A DNA stretch of 64,000 bases, taken from contig OZ024740.1 in assembly GCA_964016885.1 (NCBI GenBank), positions 15,190,001 to 15,254,000 on the forward strand. Direction: 5' to 3'. Positions within the stretch are counted from its first letter, which is position 1. Every line of letters begins with the position of its first letter. The position numbers were made by a program, and so were the translations under genes. The DNA is from Eledone cirrhosa (taxonomy: Eukaryota). Below, in pieces: positions 14,326-28,800 of this stretch. The notes under the pieces were generated by a model, which had not been told where the DNA came from, did not search any database, and saw nothing but the letters and a program-made list of their open reading frames with translations.

Positions 14326-17300
14326 GTGAACTATAGGATGTTTTAAACACCTTCATGGTTATATTTCCCACTAAACAGAGGTGTGAAATATAGGATGTTT
14401 TAAAAACCTTCATGGTTATATTTCCCACTAAACAGAGGTGTGAAATATAGAATGTTTTAAATACATTCATGGTTATATTTCCCAATAAACAGAGGTGCGA
14501 AATATAGGATGTTTTAAACACCTTCATGGTTATGTTTCCCACTAAACAGAGGTGTGAAATATAGGATGTTTTAAACACCTTCATGGTTATGTTTCCCACT
14601 AAACAGAGGTGTGAAATATAGGATGTTTTAAACACGTTCATGGTTATATTTCCCACTAAACATAGGTGTGAAATATAGGATGTTTTAAACCCCTTCATGG
14701 TTATATTTCCCACTAAACAGAGGTGTGCAAAATAGGATGTTTGAAACACCTTCATGGTTATATTTCCCAATAAACAGAGGTGTGAAATATAGGATGTTTT
14801 AAACACCTTCATGGTTATATTTCCCACTAAACAGAGGTGTGAAATATAGGATGTTTTAAACAGCTTCATGGTTATATTTCCCACTAAACAGAGGTGTGAA
14901 ATATAGGATGTTGTAAACACCTTCATGCTTATATTTCCCACTACACAGAGGTGTGAAATATAGGGTATTGTAAACACCTTCATGATTATATTTCCCACTA
15001 AACAGAGGTGTGAAATATAGAATGTTTTAAATACCTTCCTGGTTATATTTCCCAATAAACAGAGGTGTGAAATATAGGATGTTTTAAACACCTTCATGGT
15101 TATATTTCCAACTAAACAGTGGTGTGAAATATAGGATGTTTTAAACACCTTCATGGTTATATTTCCCACTAAACAGAGGTGTGAAATATAGGATGTTTCA
15201 AACACCTTCATGTTTATATTTCCCACTAAACAGAGGTGTGAAATATAGGATGTTTTAATCACCTTCATGGTTATATTTCCCACTAAACAGAGGTGTGAAA
15301 TATAGGATGTTTTAAACACCTTCATGGTTATATTTCCCACTAAACAGAGGTGTGAAATATAGGATGTTTTAAACACCTTCATGCTTATATTTCCCACTAA
15401 ACAGAGGTGTGAAATATAGGATGTTTTAAACACCTTCATGGTTATATTTCCCACTAAACAGAGGTGTGAAATATAGGATGTTTTAAACACCTTCATGGTT
15501 ATATTTCACACTAAACAGAGGTGTGGAATATAGGATGTTTAAAACACTTTCATGGTTATATTTCCCACTAAACAGAGGTGTGAAATATAGGGTGTTGTAA
15601 GCACCTTCATGATTATATTTCCCACTAAACAGAGGTGTGAAATATAGAATGTTTTAAATACCTTCATGGTTATATTTCCCAATAAACAGAGGTGTGAAAT
15701 ATAGGATGTTTTAAACACCTTCATGGTTATATTTCCCACTAAACAGAGGTGTGAAATATAGGATGTTTTAAACACCTTCATGGTTATATTTCCCACTAAA
15801 CAGAGGTGTGAAATATAGGATGTTTTAAACACCTTCATGGTTATATTTCACACTAAACAGAGGTGTGGAATATAGGATGTTTAAAACACCTTCATGGTTA
15901 TATTTCCCACTAAACAGAGGTATGAAATATAGAATGTTTTAAATACCTTCATGGTTATATTTCCCAATAAACAGAGGTGTGAAATATAGGATGTTTTAAA
16001 CACCTTCATGGTTATATTTCCCACTAAACAGAGGTGTGAAATATAGGATGTTGTAAACACCTTCATGGTTATATTTCCCACTAAACAGAGGTGTGAAATA
16101 TAGGATGTTGTAAACACCTTCATGGTTACATTTCCCACTAAACAGAGGTGTGAAATATAGGATGTTTAAAACACCTTCATGCTTATATTTCCTACTAAAC
16201 AGAGGTGTGAAATATAGCATGTTTTAACACCTTCATGGTTATATTTCACACTAAACAGAGGTGTGAAATATAGGATGTTTTAAACACCTTCATGGTTATA
16301 TTTCCCACTAAACAGAGGTGTGAAATATAGGATGTTTTAAACCCCTTCATGGTTATATTTCCCACTAAACAGAGGTGTGCAATATAGGATGTTTTAAACA
16401 CCTTCATGATCATATTTCCCACTAAACAGAGGTGTGAAATATAGGATGTTGTAAACACTTTCATGGTTATATTTCCCACTACACAGAGGTGTGAAATATA
16501 GAATGTTTTAAACACCTTCATGGTTATATTTCCCACTACACAGAGGTGTGAAATATAGGGTGTTGTAAGCACCTTCATGATTATATTTCCCACTAAACAG
16601 AGGTGTGAAATATAGAATGTTTTAAATACCTTCATGGTTATATTTCCCAATAAACAGAGGTGTGAAATATAGGATGTTTTAAACACCTTCATGGTTATAT
16701 TTCCCACTAAACAGAGGTGTGAAATATAGGATGTTTTCAACAACTTCATGTTTATATTTCCCACTAAACAGAGGTGTGAAATATAGGATGTTTTAAACAC
16801 CTTCATGGTTATATTTCACACTTAACAGAGGTGTGGAATATAGGATGTTTAAAACACCTTCATGGTTATATTTCCCACTAAACAGAGGTGTGAAATATAG
16901 AATGTTTTAAATACCTTCATGGTTATATTTCCCAATAAACAGAGGTGTGAAATATAGGATGTTTTAAACACCTTCATGGTTATATTTCCCACTAAACAGA
17001 GGTGTGAAATATAGGATGTTTTAAACACCTTCCTGGTTATATTTCCCACTAAACAGAGGTGTGAAACATAGGATGTTGTAAACACCTTCATGGTTACATT
17101 TCCCACTAAACAGAGGTGTGAAATATAGGATGTTTAAAACACCTTCATGGTTATATTTCCTACTAAACAGAGGTGTGAAATATAGGATGTTTTAACACCT
17201 TCATGGTTATATTTCACACTAAACAGAGGTGTGAAATATAGGATGTTTTACACACCTTCATGGTTATATTTCCCACTAAACTGAGGTTGTGAAATATAGG

Positions 17301-20300
17301 ATGTTTTAAACACCTTCATGGTTATGTTTCCCACTAAACAGAGGTGTGAAATATAGGATGTTTTAAACACCTTCATGGTTATATTTCCCACTAAACAGAG
17401 GTGTGAAATATAGGATGTTTTAAACCCCTTCATGGTTATATTTCCCACTAAACAGAGGTGTGAAATATAGGATGTTTTAAACCCCTTCATGGTTATATTT
17501 CCCACTAAACAGAGGTGTGAAATATAGAATGTTTTAAATACATTCATGGTTATATTTCCCAATAAACAGAGGTGTGAAATATAGGATGTTTTAAACACCT
17601 TCATGGTTATATTTCCCACTAAACAGAGGTGTGAAATATAGGATGTTTTAAACACCTTCATGGCTATATTTCCCACTAAACAGAGGTGTGAACTATAGGA
17701 TGTTTTAAACACTTTCATGGTTATATTTCCCACTAAACAGAGGTGTGAAATATAGGATGTTTTAAAAACCTTCATGGTTATATTTCCCACTAAACAGAGG
17801 TGTGAAATATAGAATGTTTTAAATACATTCATGGTTATATTTCCCAATAAACAGAGGTGCGAAATATAGGATGTTTTAAACACCTTCATGGTTAAATTTC
17901 CCACTAAACAGAGGTGTGAAATATAGGATGTTTTAAACACCTTCATGGTTATGTTTCCCACTAAACAGAGGTGTGAAATATAGGATGTTTTAAACACCTT
18001 CATGGTTATGTTTCCCACTAAACAGAGGTGTGAAATATAGGATGTTTTAAACACGTTCATGGTTATATTTCCCACAAAACAGAGGTGTGAAATATAGGAT
18101 GTTTTAAACCCCTTCATGGTTATATTTCCCACTAAACAGAGGTGTGCAAAATAGGATGTTTTAAACACCTTCATGATTATATTTCCCACTAAACAGAGGT
18201 GTGAAATATAGGATGTTGTAAACACCTTCATGGTTATATTTCCCACTACACAGAGGTGTGAAATATAGGGTGTTGTAAACACCTTCATGATTATATTTCC
18301 CACTAAACAGAGGTGTGAAATATAGAATGTTTTAAATACATTCATGGTTATATTTCCCAATAAACAGAGGTGTGAAATATAGGATGTTTTAAACACCTTC
18401 ATGGTTACATTTCCCACTAAACAGAGGTGTTAAATATAGGATGTTTTAAACACCTTCATGGTTATATTTCACACTAAACAGAGGTGTGGAATATAGGATG
18501 CTTTAAACACCTTCATGGTTATATTTCCCACTAAACAGAGGTGTGAAATATAGGATGTTTTAAACACCTTCATGGTTATATTTTCCACTAAACAGAGGTG
18601 TGAAATATAGGATGTTTTAAACACCTTCTTGGTTATATTTCCCACTAAACAGAGGTGTGCAATATAGGATGTTTTAAACATCTTCATGGTTATATTTCCC
18701 ACAAAACAGAGGTGTGAAATATAGGATGTTTTAACACCTTCATGGTTATATTTCCCACTAAACAGAGGTGTGAAATATAGGATGTTTTAAACAGCTTCAT
18801 GGTTATATTTCCCACTAAACAGAGGTGTGAAATATAGGATGTTGTAAACACCTTCATGCTTATATTTCCCACTACACATAGGTGTGAAATATAGGATGTT
18901 TCAAACACCTTCATGTTTATATTTCCCACTAAACAGAGGTGTGAAATATAGGATGTTTTAATCACCTTCATGGTTATATTTCCCACTAAACAGAGGTGTG
19001 AAATATAGGATGTTTTAAACACCTTCATGGTTATATTTCCCACTAAACAGAGGTGTGAAATATAGGATGTTTTAAACACCTTCATGGTTATATTTCCCAC
19101 TAAACAGAGGTGTGAAATATAGGATGTTTTAAACACCTTCATGGTTATATTTCCCACTAAACAGAGGTGTGAAATATAGGATGTTTTAAACATTTTCATG
19201 GTTATATTTCACACTAAACAGAGGTGTGGAATATAGGATGTTTAAAACACCTTCATGGTTATATTTCCCACTAAACAGTGGTGTGAAATATAGGGTGTTG
19301 TAAGCACCTTCATGATTATATTTCCCACTAAACAGAGGTGTGAAATATAGAATGTTTTAAATACCTTCATGGTTATATTTCCCAATAAACAGAGGTGTGA
19401 AATATAGGATGTTTTAAACACCTTCATGGTTATATTTCCCACTAAACAGAGGTGTGAAATATAGGATGTTTTAAACACCTTCATGGTTATATTTCCCACT
19501 AAACAGAGGTGTGAAATATAGGATGTTTTAAACACCTTCATGGTTATATTTCACACTAAACAGAGGTGTGGAATATAGGATGTTTAAAACACCTTCATGG
19601 TTATATTTCCCACTAAACAGAGGTATGAGATAGAGTTTGTTTTAAATACCTTCATGGTTATATTTCCCAATAAACAGAGGTGTGAAATATAGGATGTTTT
19701 AAACACCTTCATGGTTATATTTCCCACTAAACAGAGGTGTGAAATATAGGATGTTTTAAACACCTTCATGGTTATATTTCCCACTAAACAGAGGTGTGAA
19801 ATATAGGATGTTGTAAACACCTTCATGGTTACATTTCCCACTAAACAGAGGTGTGAAATATAGGATGTTTAAAACACCTTCATGGTTATATTTCCTACTA
19901 AACAGAGGTGTGAAATATAGCATGTTTTAACACCTTCATGGTTATATTTCACACTAAACAGAGGTGTGAAATATAGGATGTTTAACACACCTTCATGGTT
20001 ATATTTCCCACTAAACTGAGGTTGTGAAATATAGGATGTTTTAAACACCTTCATGGTTATGTTTCCCACTAAACAGAGGTGTGAAATATAGGATGTTTTA
20101 AACACCTTCATGGTTATATTTCCCACTAAACAGAGGTGTGAAATATAGGATGTTTGAAACCACTTCATGGTTATATTTCCCACTAAACAGAGGTGTGCAA
20201 TATAGGATGTTTTAAACAACTTCATGATCATATTTCCCACTAAACAGAGGTGTGAAATATAGGATGTTGTAAACACTTTCATGGTTATATTTCGCACTAC

Positions 20301-23300
20301 ACAGAGGTGTGAAATATAGGGTGTTGTAAACACCTTCATGATTATATTTCCCACTAAACAGAGGTGTGAAATATAGAATGTTTTAAATACATTCATGGTT
20401 ATATTTCCCAATAAACAGAGGTGTGAAATATAGGATGTTTTAAACACCTTCATGGTTATATTTCCTACTAAACAGAGGTGTGAAATATAGGATGTTTTAA
20501 ACACCTTCATGGTTATGTTTCCCACTAAACAGAGGTGTGAAATATAGGATGTTTTAAACACGTTCATGGTTATATTTCCCACTAAACAGAGGTGTGAAAT
20601 ATAGGATGTTTTAAACCCCTTCATGGTTATATTTCCCACTAAACAGAGGTGTGCAAAATAGGATGTTTTAAACACCTTCATGATTATATTTCCCACTAAA
20701 CAGAGGTGTGAAATATAGGATGTTGTATACACCTTCATGGTTATATTTCCCACTATACAGAGGTGTGAAATATAGGGTGTTGTAAACACCTTCATGATTA
20801 TATTTCCCACTAAACAGAGGTGTGAAATATAGAATGTTTTAAATACATTCATGGTTATATTTCCCAATAAACAGAGGTGTGAAATATAGGATGTTTTAAA
20901 CACCTTCATGGTTATATTTCCCACTAAACATAGGTGTGAAATATAGGATGTTTTAAACACCTTCATGGCTATATTTCCCACTAAACAGAGGTGAGGAATA
21001 TAGGATGTTTTAAACCCCTTCATGGTTATATTTCACACTAAACAGAGGTGTGGAATATAGGATGCTTTAAACACCTTCATGGTTATATTTCTCACTAAAC
21101 AGAGGTGTGAAATATAGGATGCTTTAAACACCTTCATGGTTATATTTCCCACTAAACAGAGGTGTGAAATATAGGATGTTTTAAACACCTTCATGGTTAT
21201 ATTTCCCACTAAACAGAGGTGTGAAATATAGGATGTTTTAAACACCTTCTTGGTTATATTTCCCACTAAACAGAGGTGTGCAATATAGGATGTTTTAAAC
21301 ACCTTCATGGTTATATTTCCCACTAAACAGAGGTGTGAAATATAGGATGTTTTAACACCTTCATGGTTATATTTCCCACTAAACAGAGGTGTGAAATATA
21401 GGATGTTTTAAACACCTTCATGGTTATATTTCCCACTAAACAGAGGTGTGAAATATAGGATGTTTTAAAAACCTTCATGGTTATATTTCCCACTAAACAG
21501 TGGTGTGAAATATAGGATGTTTTAAACACCTTCATGGTTATATTTCCCACTAAACAGAGGTGTGAAATATAGGATGTTTTAAACCCCTTCATGGTTATAT
21601 TTCCCACTAAACAGAGGTGTGCAATATAGGATGTTTTAAACACCTTCATGGTTATATTTCCCACTAAACAGAGGTGTGAAATATAGGATGTTGTAAACAC
21701 CTTCATGGTTATATTTCCCACTACACAGAGGTGTGAAATATAGGGTATTGTAAACACCTTCATGATTATATTTCCCACTAAACAGAGGTGTGAAATATAG
21801 AATGTTTTAAATACCTTCCTGGTTATATTTCCCAATAAACAGAGGTGTGAGATATAGGATGTTTTAAACACCTTCATGGTTATAATTCCAACTACACAGT
21901 GGTGTGACATATAGGATGTTTTAAACACCTTCATGGTTATATTTCCCACTAAACAGAGGTGTGAAATATAGGATGTTTCAAACACCTTCATGGTTATATT
22001 TTCCACTAAACAGAGGTGTGAAATATAGGATGTTTTAATCACCTTCATGGTTATATTTCCCACTAAACAGAGGTGTGAAATATAGGATGTTTTAAACACC
22101 TTCATGGTTATATTTCCCACTAAACAGAGGTGTGAAATATAGGATGTTTTAAACACCTTCATGGTTATATTTCCCACTAAACAGAGGTGTGAAATATAGG
22201 ATGTTTTAAACACCTTCATGGTTATATTTCCCAATAAACAGAGGTGTGAAATATAGGATGTTTTAAACCCCATCATGGTTATATTTCCCACTAAACAGAG
22301 GTGTGCAATATAGGATGTTTTAAACACCTTCATGATTATATTTCCCACTAAACAGAGGTGTGAAATATAGAATGTTTTAAATACCTTCATGGTTATATTT
22401 CCCAATAAACAGAGGTGTGAAATATAGGATGTTTTAAACACCTTCATGGTTATATTTCCAACTAAACAGTGGTGTGAAATATAGGATGTTTTAAACACCT
22501 TCATGGTTATATTTCCCACTAAACAGAGGTGTGAAACATAGGATGTTTCAAACACCTTCATGGTTATATTTCCCACTAAACAGAGGTGTGAAATATAGGA
22601 TGTTTTAAACACCTTCATGGTTATATTTCCCACTAAACAGAGGTGTGAAATATAGGATGTTTTAAACACATTCATGATTATATTTCCCACTAAACAGAGG
22701 TGTGAAATATAGGATGTTTTAAACACCTTCATGGTTATATTTCCCACTAAACGGAGGTGTGCAATATAGGATGATTTAAACACCTTCATTATTATATTTC
22801 CCACTAAACAGAGGTGTGAAATATAGGATGTTGTAAACACCTTCATGGTTATATTTCCCACTACACAGAGGTGTGAAATATAGGGTATTGTAAACACCTT
22901 CATGATTATATTTCCCACTAAACAGAGGTGTGAAATATAGAATGTTTTAAATACCTTCATCGTTATATTTCCCAATAAACAGAGGTGTGAAATATAGGAT
23001 GTTTTAAACACCTTCATGGTTATATTTCCCACTAAAAAGTGGTGTGAAATATAGGATGTTTTAAACACCTTCATGGTTATATTTCCCACTAAATAGAGGT
23101 GTGAAATATAGGATGTTTCAAACACCTTCATGGTTATATTTCCCACTAAACAGAGGTGTGCAATATAGGATGTTTTAAACACCTTCATGGTTATATTTCC
23201 AACTAAACAGTGGTGTGAAATATAGGATGTTTTAAACACCTTCATGGTTATATTTCCCACTAAACAGAGATGTGAAATATAGGATGTTGTAAACACCTTC

Positions 23301-25809
23301 ATGGTTATATTTCCCACTAAACAGAGGTGTGAAATATAGGATGTTTAAAACACCTTCAAGGTTATATTTCCCACTAAACAGAGGTGTGAAATATAGGATG
23401 TTTTAAACCCCTTCATGGTTATATTTCCCACTAAACAGAGGTGTGCAATATAGGATGTTTTAAACACCTTCATGATTATATTTCCCACTAAACAGAGGTG
23501 TGAAATATAGGATGTTTTAAACACCTTCATGGTTATATTTCCCACTACACAGAGGTGTGAAATATAGGGTGTTGTAAACACCTTCATGATTATATTTCCC
23601 ACAAAACAGAGGTGTGAAATATAGAATGTTTTAAATACCTTCATGGTTATATTTCCCAATAAACAGAGGTGTGAAATATAGGATGTTTTAAACACATTCA
23701 TGCTTATATTTCCCACTAAACAGAGGTGTGAAATATAGGATGTTTTAAACACCTTCATCGTTATATTTCCCACTAAACAGAGGTGTGAAATATAGGATGT
23801 TTTAAACACCTTCATGGTTATATTTCCCACTACACAGAGGTGTGAAATATAGGATGTTGTAAACACCTTCATGATTATATTTCCCACTAAACAGAGGTGT
23901 GAAATATAGAATGTTTTAAATACCTTCATGGTTATATTTCCCAATAAACAGAGGTGTGAAATATAGGATGTTTTAAACACCTTCATGGCTATATTTCCCA
24001 CTAAACAGAGGTATGAAATATAGGATGTTTTAAACACCTTCATGGCTATATTTCCCACTAAACAGAGATGTGAAATATAGGATGTTGTAAACACCTTCAT
24101 GGTTATATTTCCCACTAAACAGAGGTGTGAAATATAGGATGTTTTAAACACGTTCATGGTTATATTTCCCACTAAACTGAGGTGTGAAATATCGGATTTT
24201 TTAAACAACTTCATGGTTATATTTCCCACTAAACAGAGGTGTGAAATATAGGATGTTTTAAACACCTTCATGGTTATATTTCCCACTAAACAGAGGTGTG
24301 AAATATAGGATGTTGTAAACACCTTCATGGTTACATTTCCCACTAAACAGAGGTGTGAAATATAGGATGTTTAAAACACCTTCAAGGTTATATTTCCCAA
24401 TAAACAGAGGTGTGAAATATAGGATGTTTTAAACACCTTCATGGCTATATTTCCCACTAAACAGAGGTATGAAATATAGGATGTTTTAAACACCTTCATG
24501 GCTATATTTCCCACTAAACAGTGGTGTGAAATATAGGATGTTTTAAACACCTTCATGGTTATATTTTCCACTAAACAGAGGTGTGAAATATAGGATGTTG
24601 TAAACACCTTCATGGTTACATTTCCCACTAAACAGAGGTGTGAAATATAGGATGTTTAAAACACCTTCAAGGTTATATTTCCCACTAAACAGAGGTGTGA
24701 AATATAGGATGTTTTAAACCCCTTCATGGTTATATTTCCCACTAAACAGAGGTGTGCAATATAGGATGTTTAAACACCTTCATGATTATATTTCCCACTA
24801 AACAGAGGTGTGAAATATAGGATGTTGTAAACACCTTCATGGTTATATTTCCCACTACACAGAGGTGTGAAATGTAGGGTGTTGTAAACACCTGCATGAT
24901 TATATTTCCCACTAAACAGAGGTGTGAAATATAGAATGTTTTAAATACCTTCATGGTTATATTTCCCAATAAACAGAGGTGTGAAATATAGGATGTTTTA
25001 AACACCTTCATGGTTATATTTCCCACTAAACAGAGGTGTGAAATATAGGATGATTTAAACACCTTCATGGTTATATTTCCCACTAAACAGAGGTGTGAAA
25101 TATAGGATGTTTTAAACAACTTCATGGTTATATTTCCCACAAAACAGAGGTGTGAAATATAGGATGTTTTAAATCCCTTCATGGTTATATTTCCCACTAA
25201 ACAGAGGTGTGCAATATAGGATGTTTTAAACACCTTCATGATTATATTTCCCACTAAACAGAGGTGTGAAATATAGGATGTTGTAAACACCTTCATAGTT
25301 ATATTTCCCACTACACAGAGGTGTGAAATATAGGGTGTTGTAAACACCTTCATGATGATATTTCCCACTAAACAGAGGTGTGAAATATAGAATGTTTTAA
25401 ATACCTTCATGGTTATATTTCCCAATAAACAGAGGTGTGAAATATAGGATGTTTTAAACACCTTCATGGTTATATTTCCCACTAAACAGAGGTGTGAAAT
25501 ATAGGATGTTTTAAACACCTTCAGGGTTATATTTCCCACTAAACAGAGGTGTGAAATATAGGATGTTTTAAACACCTTCATGGTTATATTTCCCACTACA
25601 CAGAGGTGTGAAATATAGGATGTTGTAAACACCTTCATGATTATATTTCCCACTAAACAGAGGTGTGAAATATAGAATGTTTTAAATACCTTCATGGTTA
25701 TATTTCCCAATAAACAGAGGTGTGAAATATAGGATATTTTAAACACCTTCATGGTTATATTTCCCACTACACAGAGGTGTGAAATATAGGGTGTTGTAAA
25801 CACAGTCAT

Positions 25810-28800
25810 GATTATATTTCCCACTAAACAGAGGTGTGAAATATAGAATGTTTTAAATACCTTCATGGTTATATTTCCCAATAAACAGAGGTGTGAAATA
25901 TAGGATGTTTTAAACACCTTCATGGTTATATTTCCCACTAAACAGTGGTGTGAAATATAGGATGTTTTAAACACCTTCATGGTTATATTTCCCACTAAAC
26001 AGAGGTGTGAAATATAGGATGTTTCAAACACCTTCATGGTTATATTTCCCACTAAACAGAGGTGTGAAATATAGGATGTTTTAAACACCTTCATGGTTAT
26101 ATTTCCCACTAAACAGTGGTGTGAAATATAGGATGTTTCAAACACCTTCATGGTTATATTTCCCACTACACAGAGGTGTGAAATATAGGATGTTTTAAAC
26201 ACCTTCATGGTTATATTTCCCACTAAACAGAGATGTGAAATATAGGATGTTTTAAACACCTTCATGGTTATATTTGCCACAAAACAGAGGTGTGAAATAT
26301 AGGATGTTTTAAACCCCTTCATGCATATATCTCCCACTAAAGAGAGGTGTGCAATATAAGATGTTTTAAACACCTTCATGATTATATTTCCCACTAAACA
26401 GAGGTGTGAAATATAGGATGTTTTAAACACCTTCATGGTTATATTTCCCACTAAACAGAGGTGTGAAATATAGGATGTTTCAAACACCTTCATGGTTATA
26501 TTTCCCACTAAACAGAGGTGTGAAATATAGGATGTTTTAAACACCTTCATGGTTATATTTCCCACTAAACAGAGGTGTGAAATATAGGATGTTTTAAACA
26601 CCTTCATGGTTATATTTCCCACTAAACAGAGGTGTGAAATATAGGATGTTTTAAACACCTTCATGTTTATATTTCCCACTAAACAGAAGTGTGAAATATA
26701 GGATGTTTTAAACACCTTCATGGTTATATTTTCCACAAAACAGAGGTGTGAAATATAGGATGTTTTAAACCCCTTCATGGATATATTTCCCACTAAACAG
26801 AGGTGTGCAATATAGGATGTTTTAAACACCTTCATGGTTATATTTCCCACTAAACAGAGGTGTGAAATATAGGATGTTTTAAACACCTTCAGGGTTATAT
26901 TTCCCACTAAACAGAGGTGTGAAATATAGGATGTTTTAAACACCTTCATGGTTATATTTCCCACTACACAGAGGTGTGCAATATAGGATGTTGTAAACAC
27001 CTTCATGATTATATTTCCCACTAAACAGAGGTGTGAAATATAGAATGTTTTAAATACCTTCATGGTTATATTTCCCAATAAACAGAGGTGTGAAATATAG
27101 GATGTTTTAAACACCTTCATGGTTATATTTCCCACTAAACAGAGGTGTGAAATATAGGGTGTTGTAAACACAGTCATGATTATATTTCCCACTAAACAGA
27201 GGTGTGAAATATAGAATGTTTTAAATACCTTCATGGTTATATTTCCCAATAAACAGAGGTGTGAAATATAGGATGTTTTAAACACCTTCATGGTTATATT
27301 TCCCACTAAACAGTGGTGTGAAATATAGGATGTTTTAAACACCTTCATGGTTATATTTCCCACTAAACAGAGGTGTGAAATATAGGATGTTTCAAACACC
27401 TTCAGGGTTATATTTCCCACTAAACAGAGGTGTGAAATATAGGATGTTTTAAACACCTTCATGGTTATATTTCCCACTACACAGAGGTGTGAAATATAGG
27501 ATGTTGTAAACACCTTCATGATTATATTTCCCACTAAACAGAGGTGTGAAATATAGAATGTTTTAAATACCTTCATGGTTCTATTTCCCAATAAACAGAG
27601 GTGTGAAATATAGGATGTTTTAAACACCTTCATGGTTATATTTCCCACTACACAGAGGTGTGAAATATAGGGTGTTGTAAACACAGTCATGATTATATTT
27701 CCCACTAAAGAGAGGTGTGAAATATAGAATGTTTTAAATACCTTCATGGTTATATTTCCCAATAAACAGAGGTGTGAAATATAGGATGTTTTAAACACCT
27801 TCATGGTTATATTTCCCACTAAACAGTGGTGTGAAATATAGGATGTTTTAAACACCTTCATGATTATATTTCCCACTAAACAGAGGTGTGAAATATAGGA
27901 TGTTTCAAACACCTTCATGGTTATATTTCCCACTAAACAGAGGTGTGAAATATAGGATGTTTTAAACACCTTCATGGTTATATTTCCCACTAAACAGAGG
28001 TGTGAAATATAGGATGTTTTAAACACCTTCATGGTTATATTTCCCACTACACAGAGGTGTGAAATATAGGATGTTTTAAACACCTTCATGGTTATATTTC
28101 CCACTAAACAGAGACGTGAAATATAGGATGTTTTAAAAACCTTCATGGTTATATTTGCCACAAAACAGAGGTGTGAAATATAGGATGTTTTAAACCCCTT
28201 CATGGATATATTTCCCACTAAACAGAGGTGTGCAATATAGGATGTTTTAAACATCTTCATGATTATATTTCCCACTAAACAGAGGTGTGAAATATAGGAT
28301 GTTGTAAACACCTTCATGGTTATATTTCACACTACACAGAGGTGTGAAATATAGGGTGTTGTAAACACCTTCATGATTATATTTCCCACTAAACAGAGGT
28401 GTGAAATATAGAATGTTTTAAATACCTTCATGGTTATATTTCCCAATAAACAGAGGTATGAAATATAGGATGTTTTAAAAACCTTCATGGTTATATTTTC
28501 CACTAAACAGAGGTGTGAAATATAGGATGTTTTAAACACCTTCATGTTTATATTTCCCACTAAACAGAGGTGTGAAATATAGGATGTTTTAAACCCCTTC
28601 ATGGATATATTTCCCACTAAACAGAGGTGTGAAATATAGGATGTTTTAAACACCTTCATGGTTATATTTCCCACTAAACAGAGGTGTGAAATATAGGATG
28701 TTTTAAACACTTTCATGGTTATATTTCCCACTAAACAGAGGTGTGAAATATAAGATGTTTTAAACACCTTCATGGTTATATTTCCCACTAAACAGAGGTG

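Noticed and set aside
24742-28317. Zinc-finger, LRR, ankyrin or other known repeat-protein array (His/Cys periodicity)
   Set aside because: There is only one His-x-Cys per 19 aa. It lacks C2H2 spacing and TGEKP linkers, the LxxLxLxxN pattern and the 33-35-aa periods, and no hypervariable codon positions like TALE RVDs or PRDM9 fingers were seen.
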